Assembly: GCA_009914755.4 (NCBI GenBank)
Contig: CP068257.2
Span: forward strand, 44,608,001 to 44,672,000
Origin: the human T2T-CHM13v2.0 reference genome, Homo sapiens
Length of the DNA stretch: 64,000 bases
Direction of reading: 5' to 3'
The translations under genes and the position numbers were made by a program. The notes under the pieces are model-generated. The model did no database searches, was not told where the DNA came from, and worked only from the letters and a program-made list of their open reading frames with translations. Shown piece by piece: positions 13,291 through 27,982 of this stretch (within the stretch, counting starts at the first letter, position 1; each line of letters begins with the position of its first letter).

Positions 13291-15367
13291 CAAACCACTT
13301 AAATTATAGAGACTGATTTTAGTAATCGGACACATTCATTCACCCTTCCAAAACATATTCATTAAGCCTCCTCCAGATGCTAGGCATCATTCTAGGTACA
13401 AGGAATATTGCACTGAAACAAAACAGAGGCCCTGCCCTAAGCAATTTATACTTTAGTGAGGAGAGACAGACAAGGAACACATAACAAGAGAAACATGGTT
13501 TGAAGATGAGAAAGACAAAGCAGAGCCATGGAAACAAGAAGGTCGGAGATGGGCAAGCAGGGCCTAACAGAAGCAGACATTTGAGTAGAGATCTGAAGTG
13601 AGTACAAGATCAGCCATGGGGATGCTGGGGAGAATGGAGGGGCTGGACAGTCCTAGGCAAAAGGAACAGCAAACTCAGAGGCCCAACTGTGAACTGCCTA
13701 CCATGCTCAAGGAAGGAGCGGAGGTCAGAGAGGAAATGGGGGGCAGATCACTCAGGGCCCTGGCCACCCCTGCAAAGTTTGCCTTTGATTGCAGGTGAAA
13801 GAGGGAAACCACTGAGAGGCTGTAAGCAAGCAAGTGACACGACCTCCATCTTAACTCACTTGAAAGGCACCCACCAGGTCTACCAAGACTAAACTGCAGC
13901 CTACTGTAATAATCCAGAAGGAAGATGATAGTGGCTTGAGCCACGTGGTGGCCATGGAAGTCATAACAAGTGGTCCAATTCTGAATGTATTTTCAATAGA
14001 GCCAATAGGATATGTGAATGGGCTGATGTGAGGGGATGATTCCAAGGCACCTGATCTAGGCAGCTGGAAGGATGGAGCCGCCATCAACAGAGATGACCAC
14101 CAAAGGAAGGGGTTGGTTGGAAGAAAGCCGGGAACTGGATTTGGGATATGTTAACTTTGCAGTGGCTACCAGACATCCAATAGGTGTCTAATGAAGATTT
14201 CAAGGAAGCAGTAGCATGTTCAAGTGTGGAGTTCAGAGGTTTGAGATACAAATTTGGAGCTGTCAGAATAGTGATGTTACTTAAAAATCCATGAAACTGG
14301 ATGAAATTTCTGAGGAGTAGGTACAGACGATGCAGAGGAGAGGTTGAGAGAATGAATCCAGGGGGCAGCTGGGGGATGAGGAGGAACCAGCAGGGCAGGA
14401 GGGGGACCACGGACATCCTAGGAGCAAGGAGGGGAGGATCAAGTATGGGATGCTACCAAGGACTGGGATTCACGGTCATGTTCAACCCTGGGCCTTCATC
14501 CCCATGGGAAAGAAGGCTGAAGAAGTGAGTATCACAAGCGTTTTTGAGGAGTTTTACCATTAAGAGGGCAGAAACATGAAGTGGTGGCTAAAGAGGGAAG
14601 TGGGACCAAGACAGGGAGGCATGTTTCATGTCTGTGTGCTGCTGATGGGCACCACCTAATATGGGGAGGGGTGGTAGCACGAGAGAGATACTCATTGAAT
14701 GAATGTCCTTGGGTAGGTGGGAGATGAGATCCCAGCCCAGGGAAGGGCTGACTGACTACGAGCTGCATGGTTCGTTTCCAGCAACAAGAGGCGTCAGGAA
14801 GGGGATATAGGGAGGATGCTGGATGTGGCTGGGAGGGCAGGGAAGGCAGAGGACAACCTGTGGAAGGTCCCTTATTCCTGATTCTACTCAGTAAAATGGT
14901 AAACATGGCCATCAAATGAAAGCAAAGGAAAGGTATGCATGGGAGGGAGGGAAGTGGGCAATGTAGAGGAGGGGCAGCCCCAGCTCCTGTCCATTCACAG
15001 CATGGGATGATCCACCAATGCCTCAGGCTCCCAAGGGCAGGGTGCCTGTGGCCAGCCATAGTGTTCAGCACTCACCATCTTCTGAGCAGACTTAACCACA
15101 TGAATTTCCCAGAAAAACTTAACACTGACTTTCAATAATAAATAATAAATGAAATTCACTTCAATATAAACAGTTAGAAACATACTATCTAGGGCACTGC
15201 TTCTGTCTTCAAAGAGCTTTTAAATAGTTACATCACTAAAACTGTTGCTAATAATCCACCTGCCCTTCTCCATCCTGGCTGTCTTATATTAATCAAGCAA
15301 TAACCAGTCTCCCCTCACAGCATAAAGCAGACTAAACACACATGAATTAGAAGGAAGTGGGCTTCAC

Positions 15368-15574
15368 CTCTTGTTCTCTTCTTTCTCCAGCAGCAGACTG
15401 CTCGACAAACACTGCGCCAAGAGCTCCTCAGCAGAAGCTCCTCGCATCAGATCCTCTGTGCTGGGAATCCTCCCCTCTTGAGCACACTCTGTGCTCCTCT
15501 TCCAGTTACGGTGCATGTGAAGCAATGGTATGGGAAAATTGTTTGCAGAAGGATGAAAAGGCTTTATTGCCAAA
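15368..15574 (-). CDS. MCM3AP: MCM3AP coding exon 26 (207 nt; [69 protein letters not shown])
   Basis: ORF 15364..15696(-). The acceptor is tgtacttacag|T and the donor is AAGAG|gtgaag. Confidence 0.9.
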
Positions 15575-17358
15575 CTGTAAGTACATGATTTGAAATGTTT
15601 ATGGTCAAGAGAAAATATTTCTACAGCATCATGTAAAGCATGTAGATACATTTGCACATGTGCATTAACATGTAAGAACATGTGCCTCAGACACATGTGC
15701 CCTCCTGGAACAGCTCATGCTGGCCCCATGCCTGCTTCCAAGCTTCCATCAAGTCAGGGAGTGGAGCAAAGAGGGAAGGCAGCCCCTGCACTGTAGGGAC
15801 CCTTACGCACAGAGGCATTGAGACTGCCTGTTCCTCTTGGAAGCTTCTGCTCTCAAGAGGCAGCTAGGTTTTTGGAGCTTCTCTGCTTCATGTCTTGCTT
15901 CCCACCCTAGGGTTCCAGATTCTGTTCTTCCCTAGTATTGGCAAGGTTTTTTATAGATAGCTCTTGGATACATTTGGAAGTAATGTTTACAAATGGTGAG
16001 AGAGAAGGCATCTGACATTTTTTTCTAAACACATGCCAATGTTTGTCTTTTCCCCACTAATTTCAATAATTTGGCCTAACACTTTTGTCACATATTCTGA
16101 CTCTTTATTCTGATCCATTTATCTACTCTGGCATCCCCACATGGTTTTAAGTACTGGAGCTTTACTGTATGTCTTGGTATCAGGCCAAGCAAACCATGTT
16201 AGTCTTATTTAAAACTTTCTCAGCAATTGATGCATATTTGTTTATCCTGATGAATTTCAGAACTTACCAGTACTGACATCTTCACAGCATTGTATCCTGT
16301 CAACAACCTAGTCTGAACCTCAATGGTTCAGGTTTCCTTTGCACATACAGGCCCTGAGAACTCATATGTTAATGAGAAAGACATTCCGGGAAACCAGGAG
16401 GTGAGGAGACCAAGGATTAGGCTCCACTCCTATTATGAAGATGAACAGTTTTTAGAGTATCATGGAGTTGGAGAAGGTACTTCAAGGATCTCTATGGGGA
16501 ACAAGAAGGAACAGCAAAGTTCCACCATCCTGTGCCCTTTCTGTTCAGGTTTATTGTTGTGAATGAGAATTTTTTTTTTTTTAACATGTTGTGGATCTAT
16601 CTATCTGATCACCTTATTGAACTGAGAATGGTTCTATGGACTTGACTTTTCTTGGACTGACAACTGTACTGTCTGGAAATGACAGTTTCTCCTTCCTTTC
16701 AGTATTTGTGCCTGTCTATCCCACATCCCTGTACTGGTCAGGATTTCCAGGACAATAGTGAATAATAGTCGGGACAACAGGCTGGTTCTGATTCCACTGT
16801 TCCTAACATTCTACCAAGAAGCATGTTTTTTTTCTATTTTGGTAGTTTTATGTTAGGTAGCCTTATCAAGTTAGGACTTTTTTTTTTTTTAACCCAAGCT
16901 AAAGAAAGTACCCAAAATAAAGAAATTTTATCAGGAACAGGTATAAATTTTAAGAAACGTATTTCAACGCCTGCTAAAATTACCACTTATTTTTCTATTA
17001 TGGCAACAAATTACATTAATAGATTTTCACTGTTATTGTTTATCCTGGGAGAAAGCATACTTGTGAACTTTTTTAGGTACTGTGCTTTCGAACCAAATTT
17101 GGAAGTGAGATGAAATGTCAGCTGTACTCTCCTGGTTAGGTATGATTTCAGGGTCAGGTATGCCTGATAAATGAAGTGAGATGCTTTAACTTTGTTCTAG
17201 AATAGTTTCTACTGCATGGGAATGATCTGTTCCTTGAGGATTTGTCACAGTCTGCCCACAGTGGACTGGATTTGGCATGTAGGATGTTAATTTCTATTTA
17301 CTTTGCAAGAAAAATACAGTTTAGCAAGCAACAGAAACATACTGAACATGAACCTCAC

Positions 17359-17488
17359 CGTCCCTCTCTCAGCTGTAGCTCCTTCTGCGTCTGCAACCTG
17401 GCTTGTTCCCACGACAAAGGAACATCATATTTTTTCAAATCGTTTTTAAAAAAATACACACATATCTGACCATCTTCACTCAGCGCCT
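17359..17488 (-). CDS. MCM3AP: MCM3AP coding exon 25 (130 nt; [43 protein letters not shown])
   Basis: Hand translation of the reverse complement. The acceptor is ttgttttctcag|AG and the donor is GGACG|gtgagg. It is required by phase between exons 24 and 26. Confidence 0.88.
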
Positions 17489-18021
17489 CTGAGAAAACAA
17501 TACAAAAACAGATAAAGAGGCCAGCCTGGCCAACCCTGTCTCAAAAAAAAAAAAAACACACAAAAAAAAACAAAAACAGGTACAAATAATATTTAAACAG
17601 CGACAGGTGGCATGTGCTTAAATTCACTGATTTAAGTGCAAGACCTTTGATTAAAGTCACACAATTATGTGACTTCCACACTTGGGTTAAATAGGCTCCC
17701 AGGGTCCATGCATCACTCAAAGTCCAGACAAGCTTACATCGAGACTGGCAGGGCCAGTAATGACTACTCAAAAGCCACAAAATCCTCTCTAAGAGCCATC
17801 CTAGGGGGCCTGTTTCAGGGAGGTGAGTTCAGGCTCTACCAGAAACTTCCTAGCCTGTCTCAATGTTTTTAAGTCACTCACTTGAAGAGGGAAGTCCTAA
17901 GGAAAGGAAGGATAGAGACCCAAAAGAAAAGCAGCAACATCAACTAAACATCTTCCTTTGCAGAAACTGGACCAGGAAAGTCTCGTGAGGAGCTGATCCC
18001 ATTGCATCAAGCTCTAATTAC

Positions 18022-18279
18022 CTGATGTAACAGGAAGCCGGGGGGGCGTCCAGTCTCTCAGCTTGTGGTTGATACACAAGGCGATAAGATCATCCCATGG
18101 GATCTCCATGACCGAGGGGCCTGCCCCATGGACTGGGGAGGGACTCTTGCTCTTCCACCTACAGTAGGTTCTGTGGAGCAGGTTCTCCACCTGGGACTGG
18201 AGGACAGGCTGTGTCTGGCGTGAGCTGGGGATCTGGGAGGCGTACTGGACAACCATGGAGCACACGGGGAGCCAGGGGG
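18022..18279 (-). CDS. MCM3AP: MCM3AP coding exon 24 (258 nt; [86 protein letters not shown])
   Basis: ORFs 18014..18265(-) and 18058..18339(-). The acceptor is ttctccccag|CC and the donor is TCAG|gtaatt. Confidence 0.9.
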
Positions 18280-19363
18280 CTGGGGAGAAAGTGCCTCATT
18301 AGTTACAGGTTTGGCCAAAATACAGGTGAAAATGTACATGAAAACATTTTCTCAGGAGAAGGCAACTGTGAAGTTGAGAAGTCTGCTTTCTAAACACAGC
18401 AGAACCACAGTTGTTGAGGGGGAAGAGCAGCTTGCTCCCAGGGTCTAGGTGAGGGATGCAGACAGTCCCCCTTAACAGTGTTGCTAGCCAAGTTCTACCC
18501 AGAAGTTCTGACTGTACAGGCCTGTGGTTGTGCCTAGGAAATCTGTATTTTAACAAGCACCCAGATGAGTCTGGTATAAGCAGTCTTAGCTTATTTTGGG
18601 GAACCCCAACCTAACCAGAGCACCGAGGGCTTGTGCTGAGTGGTTTGCTTCCCTTTGGGTTCCTTCAATAATGAGCATGAGTTAGACCTACTACAGACCA
18701 CACACCACAATTTAGAAGGGCGCCTGAGGCCCAAAGGGGAGTGTCTGTGCTAATGCCACAACTTCTGCCAGATAAGCAGCTCATTCCCTTCTGAGTGCAT
18801 AGGAAGGAGCAGCCCCATGCCATACTGGGCTTGAGCCAGCCAGATGGCCTGTCGGATCTGTGTCAAAACAGCCCAAAGACCTCAGCCAGGAACAGGGGCA
18901 CAGCCAGAGCCATAGAAGAAGGCCTCTTTGACAAAGAAAGAATGTTAAATCAGCACTGAGTGCCATGGCTGCGGCTTGGGGACAGGGCTACATGGTCCCC
19001 ATGCTCTTTGCCCCTTGTCTGTTCTGAAAACAGGGACCCTGTGGGCAGGCAGGACAGGATCAGGGTTGGTGTTCCTCCCAGTACCACTTGTCACTTTTCT
19101 CCTGAAGCTGAGTGAACTCCCATGGACTGCCTTGCTGGTCAGGAAAGGCTAACAGCCCCCACTCCACAAAACCCAGCTTGTTCTGGCTCATGAACCCAAA
19201 GGACCAAAGGAAGGTGCAGGCGAGCACAGCATGGAGACACACGGAGGTGGACGTGCAGCCCTCACACTGGTGCCCAACACCTGCCAGACGGTTACTACAG
19301 TGAGAAGGAAGCCTGAGACTTGGCTGCAGCCACCCACCAGACCTCCCCAGGTCAAGCACGTAC

Positions 19364-19754
19364 CCCCCAGGGGTGGAAGGTCCATCTGCGGAAGCTGGAA
19401 CCCGAGCACAGCCTGCTTCAGCCAGGCCAGGTGCTCTGGGGCATTCCAGTGCAGGTGAGGAAGCAGCCGGCTGCCCCCTGCCTCAGCAAACTCAGTGACA
19501 GGCCAGGACAGGTCACACAGCTGTTCAGAGGACACCACAGAAGCCAGGAACTGCAGCACACTGTTAAACAGCTCAATGATGGCGCCAGGCTCCTGAGAAG
19601 CAAGACCGCCCAGACGCCTCTCTCTTCTGTCATGGAAAAAGCGGCCACTAAACTCATGGCCAATCCCGTCTTCGACGTACTGAATGAGAGTCTGGCAGCA
19701 GAGGTCAAGGGAATGGGGGCAGTGGGAAACCAGCCACTGCACTGCTTGCAAAAC
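19364..19754 (-). CDS. MCM3AP: MCM3AP coding exon 23 (391 nt; [130 protein letters not shown])
   Basis: ORF 19188..19844(-). The acceptor is ttcttctcag|GTT and the donor is GGGGG|gtacgt. Confidence 0.9.
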
Positions 19755-20224
19755 CTGAGAAGAAAGAAGAGACTTGGTTGAACAATTCACACTGTTTTTC
19801 AAAAACAGCTTTCTGAAAGGGCTTGATCCCCCAAGGTTGCCCACAGCAGGTAATACCAGAGTACTGGGCTCTCAACTGTGGTAGGAAGGGGAACAGAAGT
19901 GTCCTATGCAGTTGAGTTTAGCCTTCTAGGGCTCTGGAGACATGTCCAGTAGGGGCACTAAAGAGAGCCCCCAGATCCCACCTGGCCTGAGGAGGAGTGT
20001 GACCTGCATGGTTGCCCCATGGAAAGGCCCAGGCCCTCAGGAAACCAGCCCTGAACATCCCCTTCACCATGCACAGAAATGGAGTCTTCTCCTTTTTGGA
20101 AGGACTAACAGCTTCACTATGTGCCAAGGTGCCTTCACACCCTATGGTTATCTTACTTCCTATAGTTATTTTAATTCCTGGCACCTCTTTCTCTAAATTG
20201 TTAGCAAAGACTCCCCCTGCCCTA

Positions 20225-20358
20225 TTTTTTTTGTTTTTGAGAAGGGGGTCTTGCTATGTTGGCCAGGCTGGTCTCAAACTCCTGAGCTCAAGCAGTCCTC
20301 CTGCTTCAGCCTCCGAGTAGCAGAGACTACAGGTGCGAGGAGCCACCACGCCCAGCTT
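20225..20358 (-). mobile_element. Partial Alu (monomer-length) inside duplicated intronic segment A
   Basis: Alu-consensus match. Confidence 0.7.
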
Positions 20359-20589
20359 CAGACTTCCTTTTTAAAGGAAACATCAAATAACATTATTTCT
20401 TCATATATTCAGAGGACAATTACCCTAGAAAAATAACTTCTGTATCTGACCTTCAGATATAAGACATGTTCATATTTTAAATTCATAGAAACAAAAACAC
20501 TAAAAAATTTTACATGAACAATTTAATTTGCAGATAGCAGGACTGTGGGCAAATTTTATCTTTTATTTTGATTTCTGCTTATGTTTTTA

Positions 20590-20760
<171 letters not shown>

Positions 20761-20863
20761 AGAAAAAGACAATGCAAACGCTAATATACACTCAATTCAA
20801 GATACAGCAAAAGGGGAAAAAACAAAATATCTTGACAGACCATTAAAAATGATGAAACCTTAC

Positions 20864-20961
20864 CTTAGTTGAACCTTGTAGATCATTAATGGTATCAGGG
20901 ATCTCGGTAACAGTGTAATCTGAAATCAGCTTAGCTGAAACCAAGTCCTGTAGCATCAGAC
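20864..20961 (-). CDS. MCM3AP: MCM3AP coding exon 22 (98 nt; [32 protein letters not shown])
   Basis: ORF 20843..21028(-). The acceptor is tgtcttaaag|GT and the donor is AAG|gtaagg. Confidence 0.88.
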
Positions 20962-21184
20962 CTTTAAGACAGACATAGATGAAGGTCACTTGCATTCTGC
21001 TGTCAGCACACCTGCTAACATATCTCACTGTGCTGACCCCACCCAGTCCTGCAGTGGACAGTCACCACAGGGGTTGCTGTCTCAGTGATTCCTGACCCCA
21101 ACACTACTGGACCATCCTCAGACCCAGGGCCTCCACCCATTTATTAAACAATGCTGCTTCATAAACGAGACTTCCTTCACAAAC

Positions 21185-21443
21185 CATCTTCTACTTCCTT
21201 CTCAACGGCGTCCCCTCCTGGGCTAGGCACAAGAACCACCAGAGGAAGCGCAGGCTGGAAGGGCTTAGCCTGCAGGAGCTGCTTGAGCTGCAGCAAGGCC
21301 GACAGCCAGTACACGTCCTCCTCTGCCATGTCCTCACTCTTCATTTTGGGGGGAAGCAGCAGCATGAGCCCACTGGCTCCCAGGAGGTCCTTCTGTGTCT
21401 CCACAGCATCAATGGCACCATCACTGAGGGCGCCATGGGCCAC
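21185..21443 (-). CDS. MCM3AP: MCM3AP coding exon 21 (259 nt; [87 protein letters not shown])
   Basis: ORF 21177..21581(-). The acceptor is gctgttgcag|GTG and the donor is GATG|gtttgt, a non-consensus site. Confidence 0.88.
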
Positions 21444-21689
21444 CTGCAACAGCATCAAGATCATCAGGAGAGATGCACCATGGGACGCATCAGCAGTGAC
21501 TGATCTGCCCCAGAGCAAGTGCAGCCAAAGCTCTCCGTGCACTAAATACTGACTGTACTCCAGACAGGCCTCCAAGGGCACAGCTGGGCATACCCTGTAG
21601 TTATCTTACTTCCTGTAGTTATTTTAATTCCTGGCCCCTCTTTCCCTAAATCCAATTGTTAGCAAAGACTCCCCTCAACCTTTTTTTTT

Positions 21690-21815
21690 TTTTGAGAAGG
21701 GGGTCTTATTATGTTGCCCAGGCTGGTCTTGAATTGCTGGGCTCGAGCAGTCCTCCTGGTTCAGCCTCCTGAGTAGCTGAGATTACAGGTTCGAGGAGCC
21801 ACCATGCCTAGCTTC
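21690..21815 (-). mobile_element. Partial Alu inside duplicated intronic segment B (paralog of 20225-20358)
   Basis: Alu-consensus match. Confidence 0.7.
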
Positions 21816-21918
21816 AGACTTCCTTTTTAAAGAAAACGTCAAATAACATTGTTTCTTCATATATTCAGAGGACAATCACCCTAGAAAAATAATTTCTATA
21901 TCTGCCCTTCAGATATAA

Positions 21919-22243
<325 letters not shown>

Positions 22244-22404
22244 TGTTCATATTTTAAATTTATAGAAACAAAAATGAGAATAAATGCAACAGAATTAGTG
22301 CAAGAAACAGCCAGGTCAACAGGTAATTTAGCCTCCAGCTAGAATTGTGTTTGACCATATTACTATAACTTTAATTAACCTTAAACAGGTATAAAAAAGT
22401 TAAA

Positions 22405-22545
22405 GCTAGGCACAGTGGCTCATGACTGTAATCCCAGCACTTGGGGAGGCCAAGGCAGGAGAACTGTTTGAGGCCAGGAGCCAGGAATTCAAGACCAGCC
22501 TGGGCAACATAGCAAGACCCCATCTCTACAAAAATAAACAAAAAT
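22405..22545 (+). mobile_element. Partial Alu / free left monomer
   Basis: Alu-consensus match. Confidence 0.7.
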
Positions 22546-23753
22546 ATAAGCCCATAATAATAGAAAGAGGGAAGGCAAGCCAGCAGCAGATGAGGGATTC
22601 TGATACATTTCTAGAAAGCAGCAAATAGGTGTGACCAATCCCTGGGTTAGGGAAGCAGAGGATGCCATACCTAAAGGCTGCAGATGTGGGTGTGTAAGGA
22701 GTCAGGTTGACTGAGCCTGCAAAAGCCCTGTATACCCAGGCGCTGCAGACACCAGGAGCCAAAGGTGAAGTTCAGAGCCTGACCCTATTGGCGGCACCCA
22801 CCACTGCAGGCAACCTCTATGCAAAACCAGTCCCCCTGGGCCCCTGAACAGGAGTCCTGAGAGGATCCAGATGCAGGGCCATGGTCAGGCACAGTGGAAG
22901 GGACTCAGCGCCAAACCACTCCCAACCCTACCCTGAGAATACCAGCAGCTCCCCAGAAAGCAGATGGCACAAGTCCTTTCCAGAAAAACTGAACAGTCTA
23001 GGGAACAGCCATCCAGATCCAGACATTTGGGAGTCCCTCCAAAAAGCCTGGCTTGCCATTTAGCTACCATCCACCCCACCCCAAACACAGAACTTCTTGG
23101 CTAGCCTTTTAGGGCCTCACTCAGATATAGACAGATAGCCTTGGGTAAGGCATCTGAGGAGGGCCTCCAACATAAAAGAGATAAACTGGAGTAACAGAGA
23201 GGAAAAAAAAAAAAAAGAGGAACCAGATAATACGTGAACCAAAGAAAACTTAGACCCCAAAAACCCTAATTTCCTTGGAAAGATAAGATGATGCATCCAA
23301 AAAATAAGATGCTATGAAAAAGTCATGATAAAAAGAAAGAGGAAATAAGTAATATATATGGAATAAAAAATTCAGTAGGACAATTGGAAAATAAAGTCAA
23401 GGAACTCTTTCAGAACACAGTAGGAAGAGATGAGATTGAAAATAGGATAGAAAATAGGATAAGAAACTCAGAGGATCAATTGATGAGGCCTAACATCTAT
23501 CTAATAGAAGTTCAAGAGAGAACAGAAAAAAGACAGAGTGTCATAAAGACATGAAAATGTCCCAGAAGTGAAATAGGAGTCTCTAGCCTGAAAGGACCTG
23601 CTAAGCCCTGCACAGTGAGTGAAGCTAGTCCAGTGCCAGTGTAACAAAGTGAATTTTTAGGACGCCATGAACAGAGAGAAAAGGCTTCCACAGAGAAAAC
23701 CAGGCCACACAGAAAGGAACAGGAATGGTACAGCAACAATGGATGCTAGGTGA

Positions 23754-24095
<342 letters not shown>

Positions 24096-26117
24096 TAATT
24101 TTACAAACGTAGCTAAACTATGAAGCAAATGTCAGAATGAAATAAATGCATTTTCTTTTTCTTTCCCCCAGCTTAAGGTATTTTGTTAATAAAATCATTT
24201 TCATAATGGAAAAGACTCAGAAAATTCCCCTCGCATGACATATAACATCCAACAAGGGGCTGAACCAAGAAAAAATACTGCAGCTGCTGCTAATGGCAAC
24301 ACTGAGCAAGCACCTGGCCTGTGCCAGGCACTGTCCTGTGCAGTCTGTGTTTGCACTCATTTTATCCTCAAGAGCCAGATGAGCATCTCCACCAGACAGC
24401 ACCTGCAGAGGCTTGGGCAGTTTATTTTACCGTCTCTGAGTAAAATAGGGATAATAAGTAACAGTACCCATACACAGGTGGCAGAGACGCTAGGGAACTT
24501 GCCCAAGGTCACAGAGCTTCCAAGTGGAGGAGCAGGGACACATATGCTCACAATGATGGCACTAAGGCACATGTTGCCTGGATGGAGACCAGCCCACAGA
24601 TGAGAGTTCCAGGACAGAGGGAACATGGATGGATCAAGTGAAGTGACAGAACATTTGGAAAACTCTACCGAGATATATACGGCCCCCCAGTAAAATTAAA
24701 GAGATAAAGAGAACTACATTAAGTGAGACAATAAGGCAACTCTATTTCTTGCAGGAAAAAAATAATTGTGGTTATAGAACACTACTGGTTCTGAGGTGAA
24801 TAGCAGTCACAGAGCCATCAAAATATGACCCCACTCACTGAAGTAATACAAAGTGCTAGTGTAGCTATCCCGGGAAGACGTGGAAGGCCGAGCAAGGACC
24901 ATGGCACAAGAGGCCACGCTGTACCTAGTATGGTATGCAGTGGCCAAGAGGACCCCCCTGATTCCACCTAGTGTTCATGCCCACGTGTGATCTCCTGCCC
25001 CGTGAGCTGGGCCTAGCCACTCACTTCTGACAGACAGAAGCCAACAAAAGCAACAGGATGTCACTTCTAAGTTTAGGTTATAAACACACTCAGACTTCCA
25101 TCTAGGCTCACCTCTTGCTCACTCTGATGAAAGCCAGCTGCCATGCTGTCAGCTGGGGAGAGGCCCATGTGGCAGGAACTGAGGAAGTCTTTGGCCACAG
25201 CCTGCAAGGAAGTGAATCCTGACACAAGCTCACTAGAGTGAGCTGGGAAGTAGATACCCTTCAGTCAAGCTTTCAGATGAGGCCACAATCCTAGCCAACA
25301 TTTTCATTTCCACCCATGAGAAACCTTGAGCCAGAAGACCCAAGCTAAGCTACACCTGGATTCCTGACCCACAGATACCATGATAACAGACATTATTTTA
25401 AGCTGCTATGTTAGGAGTAATTAGTTATTTAGGAATAAGGTAACTAATACATTTATATTAATGGGAAGTCAGCAGAGAACATTTAAATGGATAAACTGAG
25501 AAATGGCTGTGTAAGTGTGTGATCTGGAAACAGGAGAAAAATGCAGCCCTGAAGAAAGGAGTTAAGAGAGGAAGGAGGAGCTACTATGTCTCATTTTAAA
25601 TCACGTGGGTGGCATTATTTGACTTCTTTTTAAGTACACGGAAGTGTTACTTTCTTAAATGAAAATGAAGGTAACAGCAGCAGTAAACTAATTTCCAGTA
25701 GATGAAATGTGACTTTGTAATCCCAGGAAAAGGGAAGAATTTGCACCAAGAAGTTACTGTTACCTCAGAATGGCAAGAGCATGGATGGCTCTTATCATCA
25801 TCTTTATACTTCTTTTACATTTCCTCATTTTTTAAAAGTTTTGTGTACATATTACATTTAGGAAATCCAATATATAGTATTAAAACAGAAAAAGTAAAGA
25901 AGCAGGCTGGGCTTGGTGCCCACTACTCAATTTGACTGGCTTAAAAAAATAATTTTTTAAACGACATGTACGGACAGACATAATACTTGCTTCTGAGCCT
26001 CCCAGTCTTTCAAAACCACATTAGGGAATAAGCAGTATTTGCATGGTTCCAGTGATATCTGGGAGTAAGTGAAAGTAATGAAAACACAGAAGTAAACACA
26101 AAGTAATTATAGTTCAC

Positions 26118-26271
26118 CTTTATACACACGTTAACAGAAATCATCTGATCCCCTTTGCTGCTAAGTGAGTTGAAAAGCGAAAGCGTCTGAATCCCACCAG
26201 CATCGCTGGATGTGTCATCCACTGAGCCTTCATCTCCCATGAACTTGACTTTTAACCAATTTGCTAGAATT
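26118..26271 (-). CDS. MCM3AP: MCM3AP coding exon 20 (154 nt; [51 protein letters not shown])
   Basis: ORF 26010..26240(-). The acceptor is aatctgtag|A and the donor is AAG|gtgaac. Confidence 0.9.
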
Positions 26272-26461
26272 CTACAGATTTAAAAAAAACAAAAAACAAA
26301 AAAAACACTTGAAGAATCTAATTCTATATTTGAATTATAAAGACTTTCAGGAAAAGAAGAAAGAAAAATATCACACAGACCTAGGTCCACAAATACCACA
26401 TCTTACTATGAAGCTGATCTGCACAAAACAGGCTGTTGTTTTAAAATGGAGCAACGATCTG

Positions 26462-26755
26462 TACTCGTTCTTTTTTTTTTTTTTTTTTTTTGAGCCAGGG
26501 TCTCGCTCTGTCGCCCAAGCTAGAGTGCAATGGCACAAACTTGGCTCACCGCAGCAAGCAAACCTGCCTCAGTAGCTGAGACTACAGGCATGGGCCACCA
26601 TGCCCAGCTAATCTTTCCATTTTTTTTGTAGAGTGTCACTCAAAGGGTCTCACTATGTTGCTCATGCTGGCCTCAAACTCCTGGGCTCAAGCAATCCTCC
26701 CTCCACAGCCTCCCCAGTTGCTGGGATTACAGGCATGAGCCACTGCTCCCGGCTT
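26462..26755 (-). mobile_element. Alu (T24 leader)
   Basis: Alu-consensus match. Confidence 0.9.
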
Positions 26756-26996
26756 CTACTTGTTCTTAATTGGGCAGGAGGAGGGGGCACTCCATTCCAT
26801 TAGAATGGAACTGGCTCATTCTAATGTGACTTAAAATTCTGAAGCATTAAGATTTTCAGCAATAGAAAACATCCCTAGAGTTTGAAATACATGTTTTTTA
26901 CAGATCAAATTTCTCATACCTGAGACCTTAAGAATTCTTAAGTGACATACGAACTTAGCAAATGAGAAGACAGCTATTTTAAGAAATGACTCACCA

Positions 26997-27297
<301 letters not shown>

Positions 27298-27449
27298 CTA
27301 AGTGAAAAGGTGTTCTGGAATTATTAACAGTGATGGTTGCAAAACCCTGTGAATATATCTAAAAATCACTGAAATGTACACTTTAAATGGGTGAAGTTTA
27401 TGGTATGTGAATAACATTTCAATAAAGCTATTTTAAAAATAAACTGTAA

Positions 27450-27740
27450 GCCGGGTGTGGTGGCTCACGCCTGTAATCCCAAAACTTTGGTAGACTGAAG
27501 CATGCAGATTGCTTGAGCCCAGGAGTTCAAGACCAGCTTGGGCAACATAGTGAAACCCCATCTTTAAAAAAAAAACATTAACCAGGCATGGTGGCACACG
27601 CCTGTAGTTCCAGCTACTCAGGAGGCTGAGGTGAGAAGATCAGTTGAGCCCAGGAGGTCAAGGCTGCGGTGAGCTGTTATCACACCACTGCCCTCTAGCC
27701 TGGGTGACAACAAAGCAAGACCCTGTCTCAAAAAAACACA
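27450..27740 (+). mobile_element. Alu
   Basis: Alu-consensus match. Confidence 0.9.
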
Positions 27741-27982
27741 AAGAGACTGTAGTTGCTTTAAAAATATGACTTCTGTATGCTATGTGGTTACAGAAAATAA
27801 GATCATGTCAATTTTTTCTTTTTTAAAATGCCAAAAGTTTCTTTAAGGGGAAAAAAATGGAACTATAGTAAACAGACTATAAACTATCTTACTGAAGAGT
27901 CTAAAATGAAGCAGGTCTATCAATGTACCTTAACACAGCTTGAAATAACAATCAACTCTTAAATGCTTTTGGTCTAAGACTG

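Noticed and set aside
14532-15071. ORF 14532..15071(-) 179 aa in the intron between coding exons 26 and 27
   Set aside because: It has no splice-site context linking it in phase to flanking exons. The translation is Pro/Leu/Ser-rich and low in complexity, and it is not needed to complete the 5943-nt CDS.
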